DNA of 64,000 nt from a virus (IMGVR_UViG_3300018481_000019:29818-93817); one strand, 5' to 3'; counted from the first letter of the stretch, positions 20,005 through 32,067 are shown. Notes: generated by a model from the letters alone, not told the origin. Numbers and translations: made by a program.

Positions 20005-21207
20005 TGATTCCTCCTGAATAGCTCTTCGTGAAGCAAGCCACGATGGTCGTTAGCTCCCTCCACCTTGTAGTTGCCGTCGTAGCGATACTGCCGGGACACC
20101 ATGCGGTAGCTGTATTCATTCCGTCCGTAACCGACGACGCATAAGTCGATGCGCTGAGTTTTGCATCGCTGGCAAGTGAGCACCCGAGCCGCATCGGGAT
20201 TCCAGGGGTGCCGTCTTGCTCTAGCTCGTAGATCGGTGTCAGCTTTGGCGACCGGCCCAACGTAACTCACCATCCAGGCGTGGCCGATAGTGCGGCATTC
20301 CAGAAAGGCTTCGTCGTACTCGGTGAGCCGACGGGCAACGTCAACGATTTCCTGCTCGTAGCTTGTCTCGGTCGTCAAATGTCTTGGCCTTCCGTCTAGG
20401 TGCGACAATCTAGTCCGTTGAAATCTCTTTGGCGACTGATGTGCTGCGTGCGAGCTTGTCAGTGTGAATGAGCCGCACGCCCAAGTTTTCACAAGGTCGC
20501 ATTGGGTGGTCACGGAGCTTGCCGCCGCAAGAGGCACAGCGAATGATTCCGAGTCCTTTGAAATTGTGATCGCCGTAATGCTCATTGCGCTCGCCGTTCC
20601 GTTTGATCTTGTTGTTAGGCATTACTCGGGACCGAACCCGACTAGATGCCGGAGCACGTCACCAAAGCGGGCCTCATGCAATAGGCGACGACCATTTAAT
20701 TCGCCGCAGGCGCACTCTTCGATCTTGATGGAGATTCCGTAGTTGTGGTCCGAGTCATTGAACGTCCCGGCGAATTGGTCCCACTCGTCCTCACGAAGAT
20801 CGCTCCACTTCACGACCGAGCAGAGTTCATCCTCAGTCCCGCCGGGACGTAGGTGGTAGGTGGCCTCAAAGTCGTATGGCCCCCCGTAGTAGCCAGTGCG
20901 AGTGTCAATGTCGTCTCCGAGTGTCACCCATCCCCGCTCAATGACGTACTGCGCGACCGCGTCTTTGAATTGGTCTTGCCAAGTAGTTGTTGGCTTCTCC
21001 AATCCGTCAGCAAGTGCTTCCATCGCCCAATCGCTCATTCTTCCTCTTCTCCGGCAGGCTCGCCCTCACCGTCAGCGTGACGAGCGAGATGCCGTTCGAT
21101 TGCCTGCTCAAAGGTGGCAATCACTGTCCCGTTGGTCGAGTCCGGTGTTGTCCGGTGCGTCCCGTCGGGATAGTGAAGCCACTCGTCTCTCGGTGTTACG
21201 TTGGTCA

Positions 21208-23298
21208 TTAGTACCTTCCCCGCTTGCTGGTGAATGCTTTGTCGAGAGCCTTGGAGATTTCATTCACCAAGACCATCGGGATTTCGTCTTTGCTCAGATG
21301 CCGCCAGTTGATTTCTACGCCCTCTGTGTTCTCAATCGACCGCTTCCGCTGATCGACCCACACAATCGCAACCCCGGCCTTGGCGAACTTGTCCATCCAG
21401 ATCGCCCGACGCTCTGGCTCAAAGGTGTTGACCAACTCGTTATCCGAGATGATTACGAGCACCTTGGCTGCGTCCGGTGTGCTGGTCAGTCCGAGTGCTC
21501 CGTCCAGAGCCGCCATTGCGATGTCGAACTCTTCGACTCCACCGTTGGCAGTCCGCTCCCGAACTTCGGATGGAACCTCACCAGGCTTTAACACCGCTTC
21601 GATGTAGGAGCCGAACGTGACCGCTGCGGTCTTGGCATTGATACGGTGGCCCGCCTTGCCCACGATGTAGGCGGCGCTGGCAACCATTCCCTGCGCCCAG
21701 GACATTGAGCCGGAAGTGTCGGTGGCGATTCCCACGACTGCCGGTGGGCCGAAAGCGTGCTTCCGCTTTTTGTCCACCCAAGGCTTCGCCGTGGTCATGC
21801 GACCCTGCGCCCGCTCCGCCGAGCGCCGTACTGCTTCCCGGCTCTTCAACCGTCCGGTGGGAATGTCGGTCAGAATCTTGGTGCCAGCGATGGTGGGAAC
21901 CATCATCGTCTCCAAGTGATTCGCCAGCTTGTTCGATGCCGCCACTTCCTGTGGAGTCGGCTTCCGCACGTTCCATGAGTGACCGTCGTAGTTCTGGTTT
22001 TTTTCAAAAACGTCTTTGACCGCCTTTCGCTGATCGGCAACGTCCATCATCGGAGTCTCGGTCAGCTTGTCGCTCTCGACCAGTTCGACAATGGCCTTGC
22101 GAAACGATGCCATGCCGTCGTCGGTGGCAACCGAAGTCTCGCCTTCGACTTCGACAACCGGCAGATCGTCAACGTCGGTGAATTCGCCTTCGCCCTCACC
22201 AGGCTCGTCCTCAGACTTGCCCTCACCGGCCTTGTCGGGCTTGCCCTTACCAGGCTTGTCGCCCTCACCCGTATCGTCGCCGTCGCCGTCGCCGTCGCCT
22301 TCGCCCTCTTCGCCGTCGTCGTCGCCCTCACCATCGGAGCCTTCACCGTCGGCCTCTTCGTCGTCGGACTCGTCGTCGGACTCGCCGCCGGAGCCTTCGC
22401 CCTTCTCGGACTTTTCCTTTTTGGTCTTGTGGCTGCAACCGCCTTCACCGTCGCCGCTGCCCCCATCATCACTCTTGATGTCCAGGGCTTCGTTCCACTG
22501 AACCGCCAGTTCGACCAGTCGATCAAACCCGTCGGTTCGGTGAGCGTCGGTTGCCATTGCTTCGTCGTAGATGTCGCTCAGTTCGTCCATCAGATCGTCG
22601 CCAAGGTGCGCCCTCAGTGCGTTGTCGATGGGAGCGAACTCTTCTGCCGTCAGCGTGCCAGCGGCAGTCCTCCCCTTGACCAGCGCCCAAACCGCCATTG
22701 CGTGACCCAAGCTCTCGTATTTCTCCGGTGTGTCAGCGAGCAGGATTTGGGCAATGGCCCTCAGATATTCCTTGACCCTGAATTTGGGTTGCTGCGGGTT
22801 GTGAGCATCGACCACCCGTTTTTCGATACGCCCTTCCTCAAAGATCATCAGTGTGTTGATGATTGCCGCCGGAGCCTTGAAATCTGCGCTCGCCCAATCC
22901 GAGTGCTTGGAGTGACCGCCCTCATGGAGCAGCAATCCGGCGAGCGCCTTGCGAACCCGGTTCACTTTCTTGGTTCCCTCATGGCTTCCGGCGTGCCGTG
23001 CCTTTTGAGAAACCCACCGTTCCAAGCCCGCCGCCGCGTTGACCAACTCAGTGTCGGTCGCACCGCTGGCTTTCAAAAACTCCCCGACGTGGAGGGTGAT
23101 GTCGGCGTATCCCGGCGTGTACCAACCCATCGCCGGAGCAGGACCGTCATTGGCATCGACCTTGACCAAGACCCCCCTGGAATCCGAGCGGACTCCCAAG
23201 GAATGCAGGGTTTCGTTCAGGCTGCTTTGCAGTGCCGTCCGCTGTGGGTCGGTGATGATGGGCGGCTTGACCGCTGTGGTGGTCATTCCGCCCTCCAA
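21208..23298 (-). CDS. CobT-like VWA-domain protein with N-terminal HExxH and acidic linker
   Basis: LLHEGGH...EEGRIE; D/E/G-rich linker; MIDAS DTSGSMS, later GG.E and IISD. Confidence 0.8.
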   Translation of the reverse strand: MEGGMTTTAVKPPIITDPQRTALQSSLNETLHSLGVRSDSRGVLVKVDANDGPAPAMGWYTPGYADITLHVGEFLKASGATDTELVNAAAGLERWVSQKARHAGSHEGTKKVNRVRKALAGLLLHEGGHSKHSDWASADFKAPAAIINTLMIFEEGRIEKRVVDAHNPQQPKFRVKEYLRAIAQILLADTPEKYESLGHAMAVWALVKGRTAAGTLTAEEFAPIDNALRAHLGDDLMDELSDIYDEAMATDAHRTDGFDRLVELAVQWNEALDIKSDDGGSGDGEGGCSHKTKKEKSEKGEGSGGESDDESDDEEADGEGSDGEGDDDGEEGEGDGDGDGDDTGEGDKPGKGKPDKAGEGKSEDEPGEGEGEFTDVDDLPVVEVEGETSVATDDGMASFRKAIVELVESDKLTETPMMDVADQRKAVKDVFEKNQNYDGHSWNVRKPTPQEVAASNKLANHLETMMVPTIAGTKILTDIPTGRLKSREAVRRSAERAQGRMTTAKPWVDKKRKHAFGPPAVVGIATDTSGSMSWAQGMVASAAYIVGKAGHRINAKTAAVTFGSYIEAVLKPGEVPSEVRERTANGGVEEFDIAMAALDGALGLTSTPDAAKVLVIISDNELVNTFEPERRAIWMDKFAKAGVAIVWVDQRKRSIENTEGVEINWRHLSKDEIPMVLVNEISKALDKAFTSKRGRY

Positions 23299-23750
23299 GT
23301 CTCGTCGTCAATCTTGCCGAACAGCCGGTTGTTCCGGGTGCCGCCGTCGTAGCGAGCGGTCGGCTTCTGCTTGGAGGCGATTGCCTCAATGTCGGACTCG
23401 GTCAACTGCACCAGTGTCGGGGTTCCCCGCATGACCGCTCCGATCTTGTCGGACTCGGACGATGCGATCAGCTTCCGCACTTGCTCTCGGGCATCGGCGT
23501 GGCTGAGGAAGGCGTACTCGGACCACCTTGCCTTTTTGCTGCCCCGCTCCCGCTGGTAGAGATAGACGTTGGGTCCGGTGAGGAACACTTGCACTTGGCT
23601 GTGAATTTGTTTTGAATCACGGTAGAACCGGACGTACTCGACGTGAAGCCCGTAGGCATCGACTCCGTCGTGTCGGTCGATTCTCTCCGCTTTGATTACT
23701 TTGGTTTCTGTGGTCATGGGCATCGCCCCTTTCTTGTCTTTGTCTGTCAC
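23283..23750 (-). CDS. Hypothetical protein between the AAA and VWA genes
   Basis: Own promoter and SD (AGAAAGGGG) before ATG ~23723. Confidence 0.55.
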   Translation of the reverse strand: MTDKDKKGAMPMTTETKVIKAERIDRHDGVDAYGLHVEYVRFYRDSKQIHSQVQVFLTGPNVYLYQRERGSKKARWSEYAFLSHADAREQVRKLIASSESDKIGAVMRGTPTLVQLTESDIEAIASKQKPTARYDGGTRNNRLFGKIDDETWRAE

Positions 23751-23784
23751 TCAGGATTATAGCGGGGTGTAATCGCTATGCAAG
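23748..23784 (-). promoter_or_regulatory. SigA-type promoter
   Basis: TTGCAT-N17-TATAAT-CCTGAGTG. Confidence 0.75.
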
Positions 23785-23799
23785 TCCACCCCGCTCGTC

Positions 23800-24789
23800 T
23801 CAGAAGGTCAGAACCTTGGGAGACTTCCCGAACACCGACTTGATCGCCTCTTCGACGTATACCCGATCTTCGGGCCGACTCATGGAGACGAAGTTCTCCA
23901 AGGCGACATCTTCACCGAATGTCTCTTCGATGTTTTTGAAAGCGATCACTTCCCGCAACTGTGGCGGAGCAGAGACGATTCCCGACTCGGCCTTCTTGCC
24001 CAAGTTCCGTGCCACTTCCACGATGTTCGCTGGAACACCGAGCTTGGCTGCGATCTTCCAATCGGTCTGCATCTCGACGTGGACTGCGAACCGGCTCAGA
24101 AGGGCTTCCGACATCACCGCTCCCGGCACGTTCGGGTTGGTCGCTCCGAACACCAAGAACCCAGGCTTGGCAGAAACCTTGCCCCGGTCAGGGTTTGCCG
24201 TGACCGAGATTTCGTTTCGCCCGTCCATCAGTGAGTAGACCACCGACAATTGCCGTGGGTCGATCAGCGCAATCTCGTCAATGAGCAGAGGCCAACCGTT
24301 GTCGGCTGCGACCAGCGCCGGACCATCGACCCAAAGGTAGGTGCCGTCGGGCTGCTGGACGTAAGAGCCGATGAAGTCCGCTGCTTCCGTCTCAATGGAG
24401 CCGAGCACCGTGACGACGTTATCCAGAGCCGCTTCGACCAAGGCGGTCTTGCCGGTTCCGGGCGGGCCGTAGAGCAGGAGGCTCAGTCCCTTGTCGTAGC
24501 TCGTCTCCACAAAGGCCACGTCCTGAAACGTGGAGTCGCCCACCTTGACCGTTCTCGGCAAGTACGCCTCACCGTTGGGCCGCTGGTAGGACTTGTGCAG
24601 TGGCTTGATTGCCTTGACCGACTCGACGGCGGGTGCCGACGGCTCGGTTTTGCCAGAAACGAATTCCTTCCCTGGCACGTATGTTTTGAGTAGATCAGCG
24701 TCGAATCGTTTCAGCGCCGAGTCTGTTTCCAAGAGAACACTCATTGGCTCACTTCCTTTCTTTGTTGCCGTTGTTGTTTCCACAGTCAC
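23800..24789 (-). CDS. MoxR/CobS/CbbQ-like AAA+ ATPase
   Basis: LLYGPPGTGKT, WVDGP, LIDEI, ATNP, EALLSRF. Confidence 0.85.
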   Translation of the reverse strand: MTVETTTATKKGSEPMSVLLETDSALKRFDADLLKTYVPGKEFVSGKTEPSAPAVESVKAIKPLHKSYQRPNGEAYLPRTVKVGDSTFQDVAFVETSYDKGLSLLLYGPPGTGKTALVEAALDNVVTVLGSIETEAADFIGSYVQQPDGTYLWVDGPALVAADNGWPLLIDEIALIDPRQLSVVYSLMDGRNEISVTANPDRGKVSAKPGFLVFGATNPNVPGAVMSEALLSRFAVHVEMQTDWKIAAKLGVPANIVEVARNLGKKAESGIVSAPPQLREVIAFKNIEETFGEDVALENFVSMSRPEDRVYVEEAIKSVFGKSPKVLTF

Positions 24790-24819
24790 GATTATAGCGC
24801 CGTGAAATTGGAATGCAAA
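24786..24819 (-). promoter_or_regulatory. SigA-type promoter
   Basis: TTGCAT-N17-TATAAT. Confidence 0.7.
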
Positions 24820-25812
24820 TCGTAGATGCCACTGGCTTCCGCTTCATCAGCGCCGCGCATGGCTTCGTCCATCTCCCGCTCCCATTTCTGACCCTCCGCC
24901 GATTCGTCGCGGTGCATCTCGGCGGCGACCATCATGGCTTCCAGGGGAGTCGAGAAGGTTCCAATTTCCCGGTCCCAAGGGTCAATGTAGGAACCGCCCC
25001 ACTCGCTGAGATGGAAGTCTCCGGTGTCGGTGTCGTGATCGACTCGGAAGGTGCCTCCCGAGTAGTTGCTTTCAAAGGCGACCCAACCGAAGTCGCCGGG
25101 ACCGAGCGTGTGGATATTGATGTCCTCAGTCCAATGGAGTCCAAAGTGCTTTCGTTTCTCGGTCATATCAGCCTCCTAGCCAGTGAGCCGCGGGACTCTT
25201 TGAGGAACCAGGCAATCCACTCTTTCTGTTTCTCGGCCTCTTCCGCCAGACGACCTCCTGTGCCGTACACGTCGCCTTGCAGTCGGGTGTAGAACGCTTT
25301 GATCGGACGGAGCGCCTTGTCGATTTCGGCTTCCGTGACATCGACTGGCTCCCACCGATCAACGCTTGTGAGAAGAGTTTGGAGATTCTTCGCTGCGTTC
25401 GATGGGACGTTCCATACATGCCACCCGTCGCTGTTCCGATTGGTGAAGGCGGCAAGCCGGTCGAGAACCATCGCACCGTCGTAGAGATTTGGAGTCTCGG
25501 GATTTTTGAATCGACGTAGAGCCTCTTCGATGTCCCACTCATTCATCCAACTCATATCAATTTCGCCCTCTCTGCCAGCAACTTGTCTACGGCAACCTTG
25601 CGGGATTTGATTGCTCCGTTGGTCGGGCCTTGCCAATCACCGATGGTCAGTGAGTACGTCCAGGGCCAGCCGGTCAGTCGGGGAGTCGGGTTCTTTCCGA
25701 CCACGCCTAGCTCTTCGCCGGTATCCCCGTCTGTCACGACGTAGGTGTTGCCACCGAAGTTGTGGAGTTTGATGTTCATAGGCGGACCTCCTGTCCTGTC
25801 TGTGTCTTGTCT

Positions 25813-25851
25813 GTCACTCAGAATTATAGCGTCCTGAAATTGCAATGCAAA
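25813..25851 (-). promoter_or_regulatory. SigA-type promoter
   Basis: TTGCAT-N17-TATAAT-TCTGAGTGACAGACA. Confidence 0.75.
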
Positions 25852-25852
25852 C

Positions 25853-26329
25853 TCAGGACGCTACTTTCCAAAAGTCCGGTGGGACTGCGAGCCTGCGTGG
25901 AGCAAGCGCTCCCCGATGGGCATTCCAGAGGATTGCCCCGATTCGTCCGTTGCCGTCAGCGAACGGATGAATCTCTTGGAACCGCTTGTACCACTCGTCG
26001 GCGCTCAGGGTGTCCCAAGCATCGACCAGCAATTCGATCTGCCGGGGAACCTCCCGCCAGGAAACTCCCCTTTCAAATCTGTCACCGACCACGACATCGC
26101 GATTGCGATAGCCGATGGGGTCATTGGTGCGTGGCTCCACGATGCTCGCCAGTTTTTGAATCTTCTCGACTGTGGGCGGGAGCACAACATCGCTCCACTT
26201 CTCCCAATCAATGAACTCGTCGTAGGCGTAGCCCCAACCGGCGACCAACCAGGCGACCGACATCTCGCCGCTCTTCTGGCGCTCGCACTCGGCAGCGGCC
26301 CATTCGACAACGTCTTTCCATGCGTTCAT
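25853..26329 (-). CDS. Fic/Doc-family protein
   Basis: Fic motif HPFADGNGRIG; upstream GYRNRDVVVG. Confidence 0.85.
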   Translation of the reverse strand: MNAWKDVVEWAAAECERQKSGEMSVAWLVAGWGYAYDEFIDWEKWSDVVLPPTVEKIQKLASIVEPRTNDPIGYRNRDVVVGDRFERGVSWREVPRQIELLVDAWDTLSADEWYKRFQEIHPFADGNGRIGAILWNAHRGALAPRRLAVPPDFWKVAS

Positions 26330-27300
26330 GTTTTCTCCCTTACGATTTGCCACGCCTCATATTCGATGGTGATTGGTTCGTCGGCGGCGAGAAAGTGCCG
26401 CATCAAATCTCGGGCGGGTCGATGATCGACCGCTATCCAAACCTTCGTGGCCCCGAGCAGATCATCTTCGATGCCCCGGTTGATTTCAAAAGTCCAGATG
26501 GTGCCGTGATCTTCGTACTTCCCGGTGAGTTCTCCGGCGAATGTCATGGTCACAATCCCTCCCGATCTGCGTATTCGACTTCCTCTTGGGTGTGCTCCAA
26601 GTCCCACGGACCCCAATGCCCGTAGGTGACGCAATTCAAAAACGCTTCCTGCGGTTCGTAGATCACGACTTCGTCCGGGTCGATTTTCCCGAGCTTGTAA
26701 TACATGACCTTGGGCATGGTGACTTCCCTGCCGTTCGATGGGTCGATCACAACCGGGATTGAAAAGCCGTCAATCTCTTCTGCGGTTTCGACCCAGGCGT
26801 GGATGAACCTCATGCCTTCGATGTCACCCTGCCCTGTCGGGTAGCCGTGGACGATCTGATAGCTGTCCTGCTCTTCCTTGGGCTTGTCCATGACGAACTT
26901 CACCGCTGCGTCGAAGCAGTCGCCGCCGGTAGCCATTACCTCAGTCCCATTTCGTACAAGCACGATTCGCACGTCGGCAAGTCGGTGACTTCGGCGTACC
27001 GTGGGTCGGCAACTTCGTTGCATGGTGAGTAGCCGTAGGCCACATCGCTCACTGCGTTGCGCTCGCAATACTCAACGGGCGGCAGCTTCCAGACAACACC
27101 AGGGCTGCGCCAAGGTGGGGTGCTCATTTGCCCTGCAATTCGTAGGTGACGACCAGCAAAGCAGCCATAGCTTCCCGAGCCTCACGGACCTTGCCGGTCT
27201 TGGTGCATTCGGTCCACTGGCGAACCAGGGCTTCCCGCTTGGTTCTGAGTTCCATTATCTGTCTTGATGTCATGGGCATCATCCCTTTCTCTTGTCTGTG

Positions 27301-27338
27301 TCACTCACAATTATAGCGTCGTGAAATTAGATTGCAAA
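27301..27338 (-). promoter_or_regulatory. SigA-type promoter
   Basis: TTGCAA-N17-TATAAT-TGTGAGTG. Confidence 0.7.
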
Positions 27339-27772
27339 TCCTTCGGGGGCGGACGGCGGCTTCTCGCCAGTCTCCGGGTGCTCTTTGGTGATGGTTCCCC
27401 AAGGGACGTAGAACGATTCCTCCGTTCCGTCGAGCACGACCAGTTTGTTGCGGCTCCCCTGTGTCGCGGTGATGAAGGTGGCGGAAGCGGTCACGCCCTC
27501 ATAAGTGACGAATATCCGGTCGCCCCTCCTGCACGTCGGGCCGAACTCAGGAATGGTGGTGGTGGTCAAGCGAACGCTCCGGCAGGGGCGAACGTGGGGA
27601 ACGACCGGCTCGCGGCGGAGGCAACGGCCCGGACACAAGAGACGCAGACGGTGACGACTGCTCCCCATCCGGTAGATGTTCGTGCGGTTTTGACTGTCTC
27701 AGTCGGTGGTTTGGGAGTGGCGCACTCGGCGCAAGTGGCTTCGCTCATGGCGGTCCTTTCTCTTGGGGGGAA

Positions 27773-27810
27773 CACTCAGAATTATAGCTTGGTGTAATTG
27801 CTATGCAATT
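27773..27810 (-). promoter_or_regulatory. SigA-type promoter
   Basis: TTGCAT-N17-TATAAT-TCTGAGTG. Confidence 0.75.
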
Positions 27811-27858
27811 CTGATTAGTGGAAAATTTCCCACTCTTGGTAAGGACCGTTTTGAGAAC

Positions 27859-27903
27859 GAAGAAACCCCCCGGAGGTTGGCAGACCAGGCGGGGGGTTTC
27901 TTC
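27859..27903 (-). terminator. Terminator-like hairpin
   Basis: GAAGAAACCCCCCG...CGGGGGGTTTCTTC. Confidence 0.6.
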
Positions 27904-29943
27904 CGTCGTGCGTCGAGAGGTTAGCCGGTTTCGGCGGGCTTGCGCTCTCGGAGTGCTTCGATGTGTGAGATTGCGATTTGCTCGGCAGTGACTTGCTTCA
28001 CTTCTCCGTAGCGATAGAGCCACGCCTCCTGAGCCGCTTCCTTCCACTCTTCCTTGTAGATGGATAGAATGTCGAGCAGATGGTCAAGGTCGAGTGCCGC
28101 CGTCTCTCGGTACTTGTCACGGAAGTAGTTCTGTTCCTCCCACCGACCCTTACCAAACCGTCTGTCGAAGCAATCCTTCGCCAGCGCTTCGATCAGCTTT
28201 TCACGAAGCTCGCTCATAGTGCATCTCCATCTCGGTCAAGTCGATTTCGTGGTCGTGACCCTGGCAGACCCAACGGTCGTGGGTGCCGCCGTCCTCAGTG
28301 ATTTTCCAGCATGTGTTGTTGTCTTCGCTCATGTCTTCTCTCTTTCTTTTTGAAAACCGCCCACTATGGGAATGGGCGTTCCGTCTCTGGATTTGACCCG
28401 AGACAAGTGATACTCCCCGCACTGGTCACAGACGTAGCTATGGAGTAGCCACCCATGTTCCTCCTGTTTTCGGAGGCGGGCCTGTTCCGCCATGTGCTCG
28501 GTGGGGTAGTGATTCTTGGTTCTGCATGACTGCGTTCTGAATCTTGGCGGTATCAAGAGCAACCTCATTTCAGAGAACTTTCATTTCGTGAGTCAACACA
28601 ATCGGTCGGTATGTCACTTTGTAGTGGGTGTGGTGTTCTCGGCAGTCTCCATCGCAAAGTCTTTCGACTGACTTGTAAGCGAGATTCCCGTCCGATGCAA
28701 GGTTGAGAACCATTGCGTAATTCTGAGCATGGTCTTCGTCAAAGAACTCAGCGATGGGACATTCGCCCTCCGTGGTGTTGTGCTCGGACATCGGCTTGTC
28801 GTGAAGCGTCACGACCCACCCACCGATCAGATCATTGGATTGGGCGTAGTAGGTCACTCTTCCTCCAAGGTGAGCTTCACCGTCTCACCGGGAACGAGAG
28901 GGCGCATCACCGCCACCGGAACCCCGGCGTGATAGATGATGAACGACTCCCCGGCTTTGAGCCGGTCCATGTATTCCTTGCCCTTGCGTGAGAGCAGGGA
29001 CCAATTGGCGTAGGTGAGGTTCATTCCTCTTCACCGCCTCCGCCGGTCACGGCATTGATCGCGTCGATCATGGCATCAACCCGAGCCACATCATCGGCAT
29101 TGAGAGTTTGCAGGGAAGTGAATATCGGCATCCCGTTGATTCCTCTCGGACCCGCCTTGTGCATCCATTCAAAAATCATGCCGTGCGACCCGCCCTCTTC
29201 GGTCGGCTCCAAGAGCTTGACCAAGTCGTCAATGGCGGGCTTGTCCATGAAGGCGAGCGGCATGAACACCATCGTCATTAGATTCGGGTCAGGAAGCATC
29301 CGGTCACAGAACACCGAGCCGGACATCAGGCCGAGAGCGATGTCACGGATTGACTTGTCGCTTTTTGAAACGTAGGTCATTCGTGCCACGCTTCCTTGAT
29401 CTTGCTCCAAGCGTTCTCCATCGCTCGTCCGACCGCCGTGTCACGGCGACTCGGCGCTGTGATTTGCTCGTAGGTGTCGGTCTGCCAATGGCTGATCGCT
29501 TCACCAAGAGCTTTGAACTGTGGCTCGGTCAGAGTGATGGTGATGGTCCGCTGCTTGCGTCGAGTCGGTGGTGCAATTTTCATGGCACGACCCTGTCGAA
29601 TTCCTCTGGCAGTTCCAGAACCAAGTATCTCTTTAGAGCGTTTCTCTTGTTCGGCTCATAGTCGAGCACGTCCCATTCCCAACCGCCGTGCTCGTCCTTG
29701 AAGTCGATGGTCTTCTCCCCGACGACTTGACCGCCAAGGCTCTCGGCCACGGCGACGATGTCGAAGATGGTGGTGGGTCGTCCGTAGAACATGGCATCGG
29801 CTTCGACACCGGCTCGCAGTTCGTGGATAGTTTTGACTGTGTCTTTCGGTTTCATAGGTGCCTCTCTTTGATTAGGTATCTCAATCCGGCTCCGAGATGT
29901 GCGAGCAGATGCCACACACCACGGACCAAGTCTCGGAGGAATT

Positions 29944-31710
29944 TCATTTTGAAAGCATCTCCATCAAGTCCTTGTCTCGCAAGACTTCCTGCGCTCGTTT
30001 TTCCTTCGATGAAAGTCGGGCCAACTGGCCTTCCTCCACCGTATCTTCGACCAAGTAGTCAACGTACCGAACGGTTTCGTGCTTCTCGGAGCCGATTCGA
30101 TGCACCCGATCTTCGGCTTGGGTGTGGACCGTGTAACTCCACGACCGGACCAGGCGGACCATCGTGCTCGCTGCGGTGAGCGTGATTCCCTCACCCCCGG
30201 CTCGGGTCAGGAGGATGAACGGGACTTCGCCTTTTTGAAAGGACTCCATCGCCGCTTCCCGATCTTCCCCGGTGACATCGCCGGTAATCATGGTGTAGCC
30301 GATCTTGGCCTTGGTCATGGCTCCGGCGGCTAGCTCCAAGAGCTTGCGGGAGTCCGAGAACACGACGACTTGCTGCCCGTCATAATCCCCGTCGAGCACG
30401 TCTTCCATGAACGAATCGACCTTCGGTGAGTTCTTCGCGTCCATGTGGAAGACACCCTCTGTGTCGATGTGACCGGCGGCGTTGGCGATCTGCACCAAGC
30501 GACCGGCCTTTTCCAAAACCGAGCCGACGGCAATCACGTCTTCCCCGTCCAGTGTCGATGCGAACATTCGCTTTTCGACATCGTCGTACAGCTTGCGGTG
30601 CTTCGCCGGGAGCGTGACCCATCTCGTCTCGTAAATTTTCTCGGGAAGGAAGGGCAGTGCCGCTTCCTTGGTGATACGGCGAGAGCGAGCGTCAAGGTTC
30701 CCAAAGAACTCGTCGGCCCGTCCGGGGTTGATGCCAAGGATTTCCCGAGCGCCCCAATAGTTGAACGTGACATTGCAGTACCGCTCTATGAATCCGGTCT
30801 TCACCGGGTACTCGTCGGGTGCGATGAAGCGGAGCAGGGACCAAAGGTCTTCCGGCGTGTCCTGAATCGGGGTGCCGGTCAGACCGATGATGTTGTCCGC
30901 TTCCTTGGCGAGATGCCACAGCGCCCGAGTCCGCTTCGACTTCGGGTTCTTGATGCGGTGAGCTTCGTCAGCGATCAGAGTTTTGAAAGCGATCTTCTGC
31001 AACGGGCCGTCGGTCTTCTCGGCCTCCGTCAGCTTCACCGTCGGGAAGGGAGCGTGACGGCTCCGCAAGCGGGCGGTGTCATAAGAGATGATGTAGAAAT
31101 CGGCAATCTCAGCGAGCAGGGCATCGACCACCATCGGGCTTCCTTCCACGATCTGCACGGTGGCACCGGGGAAGAATCCTTTGATTTCAGTACGCCATGT
31201 TCGGAGCATGGACTTGGGAGCCACGATCAGAACCGGGAAGATGTCTTTGCCGTCCGTGGCGGACTCCCCGGCGAGAGCGGACAGGCCAGCTAGAGCAGTA
31301 CGGGACTTGCCCGCTCCCGTCTCGTCAAAGAACAAGTAGCGACCGGCGACTCGGATTAGCTCGGCACCAACCTTCTGATACGGGTACAACTCAGCGAATC
31401 CAGGTAGTGTCAAATCTTCGATGTGTGCGGGCGGTTCCTCAATGAGACTGCGAAGTGCGCGGAGATACGCCTTAGTTGCGCCGGTTTTCTTGCCCCATGC
31501 GGTGAGCACGTCACCAAGAACAAGGTCAGCGCCGAACTCTTCACGGAGCGCAAGTGCGGAGGGCCATGAGAGCGGGACGGTCCAGACTCGGTTGTCGGCA
31601 TCCCACTTGGCACCGGGAACAGCCTTGACACTTTCTTTGAGTCTGAAATCCGTTTCTACGACGATGCGACCGGGATGGGAGTCTCGGTAGATTTCAGCTT
31701 TGGTCTTCAT
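29944..31710 (-). CDS. SNF2/HARP-like superfamily 2 helicase
   Basis: DETGAGKS, IADEAHRIKN, LTGTP, GGEGITLT, QAEDRVHRIG. Confidence 0.9.
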   Translation of the reverse strand: MKTKAEIYRDSHPGRIVVETDFRLKESVKAVPGAKWDADNRVWTVPLSWPSALALREEFGADLVLGDVLTAWGKKTGATKAYLRALRSLIEEPPAHIEDLTLPGFAELYPYQKVGAELIRVAGRYLFFDETGAGKSRTALAGLSALAGESATDGKDIFPVLIVAPKSMLRTWRTEIKGFFPGATVQIVEGSPMVVDALLAEIADFYIISYDTARLRSRHAPFPTVKLTEAEKTDGPLQKIAFKTLIADEAHRIKNPKSKRTRALWHLAKEADNIIGLTGTPIQDTPEDLWSLLRFIAPDEYPVKTGFIERYCNVTFNYWGAREILGINPGRADEFFGNLDARSRRITKEAALPFLPEKIYETRWVTLPAKHRKLYDDVEKRMFASTLDGEDVIAVGSVLEKAGRLVQIANAAGHIDTEGVFHMDAKNSPKVDSFMEDVLDGDYDGQQVVVFSDSRKLLELAAGAMTKAKIGYTMITGDVTGEDREAAMESFQKGEVPFILLTRAGGEGITLTAASTMVRLVRSWSYTVHTQAEDRVHRIGSEKHETVRYVDYLVEDTVEEGQLARLSSKEKRAQEVLRDKDLMEMLSK

Positions 31711-32031
31711 CGTTTCTCATTTCCACACTGACTACTTCGACAATGTTCTCCCGTTGTCTGTCTCGGGCATACGCCTTGGCTCGCATCTCAGCGACCCGCC
31801 CATCGAAAACGCGTTCGATCAACTCGTCTCCCTTGCGAACGGTGACTACCCACTCAGCTTGCATCGGGCCTCTCTTCCTCATAGCCGTCGAACCAACCAT
31901 CGCCTGCGGTGTCTTCCCGACGGCAGTGGGTTTGGGCCTCTTCCAGAGTCAGGCCGGTGGCAACGACCTCAGCCTTGCCAGCTTCGTCCCGTCGGAATCG
32001 AATGATTTTGTATGTCTTGTCTGTGCTCATG

Positions 32032-32067
32032 TGTCTGATTATAACGGGCTGTAATTGTTATGCAAGT
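32032..32067 (-). promoter_or_regulatory. SigA-type promoter
   Basis: TTGCAT-N17-TATAAT-CAGACAC. Confidence 0.7.

Noticed and set aside
21979-23352. 457-aa plus-strand ORF
   Set aside because: Antisense shadow of the VWA gene; typical of high-GC codon bias
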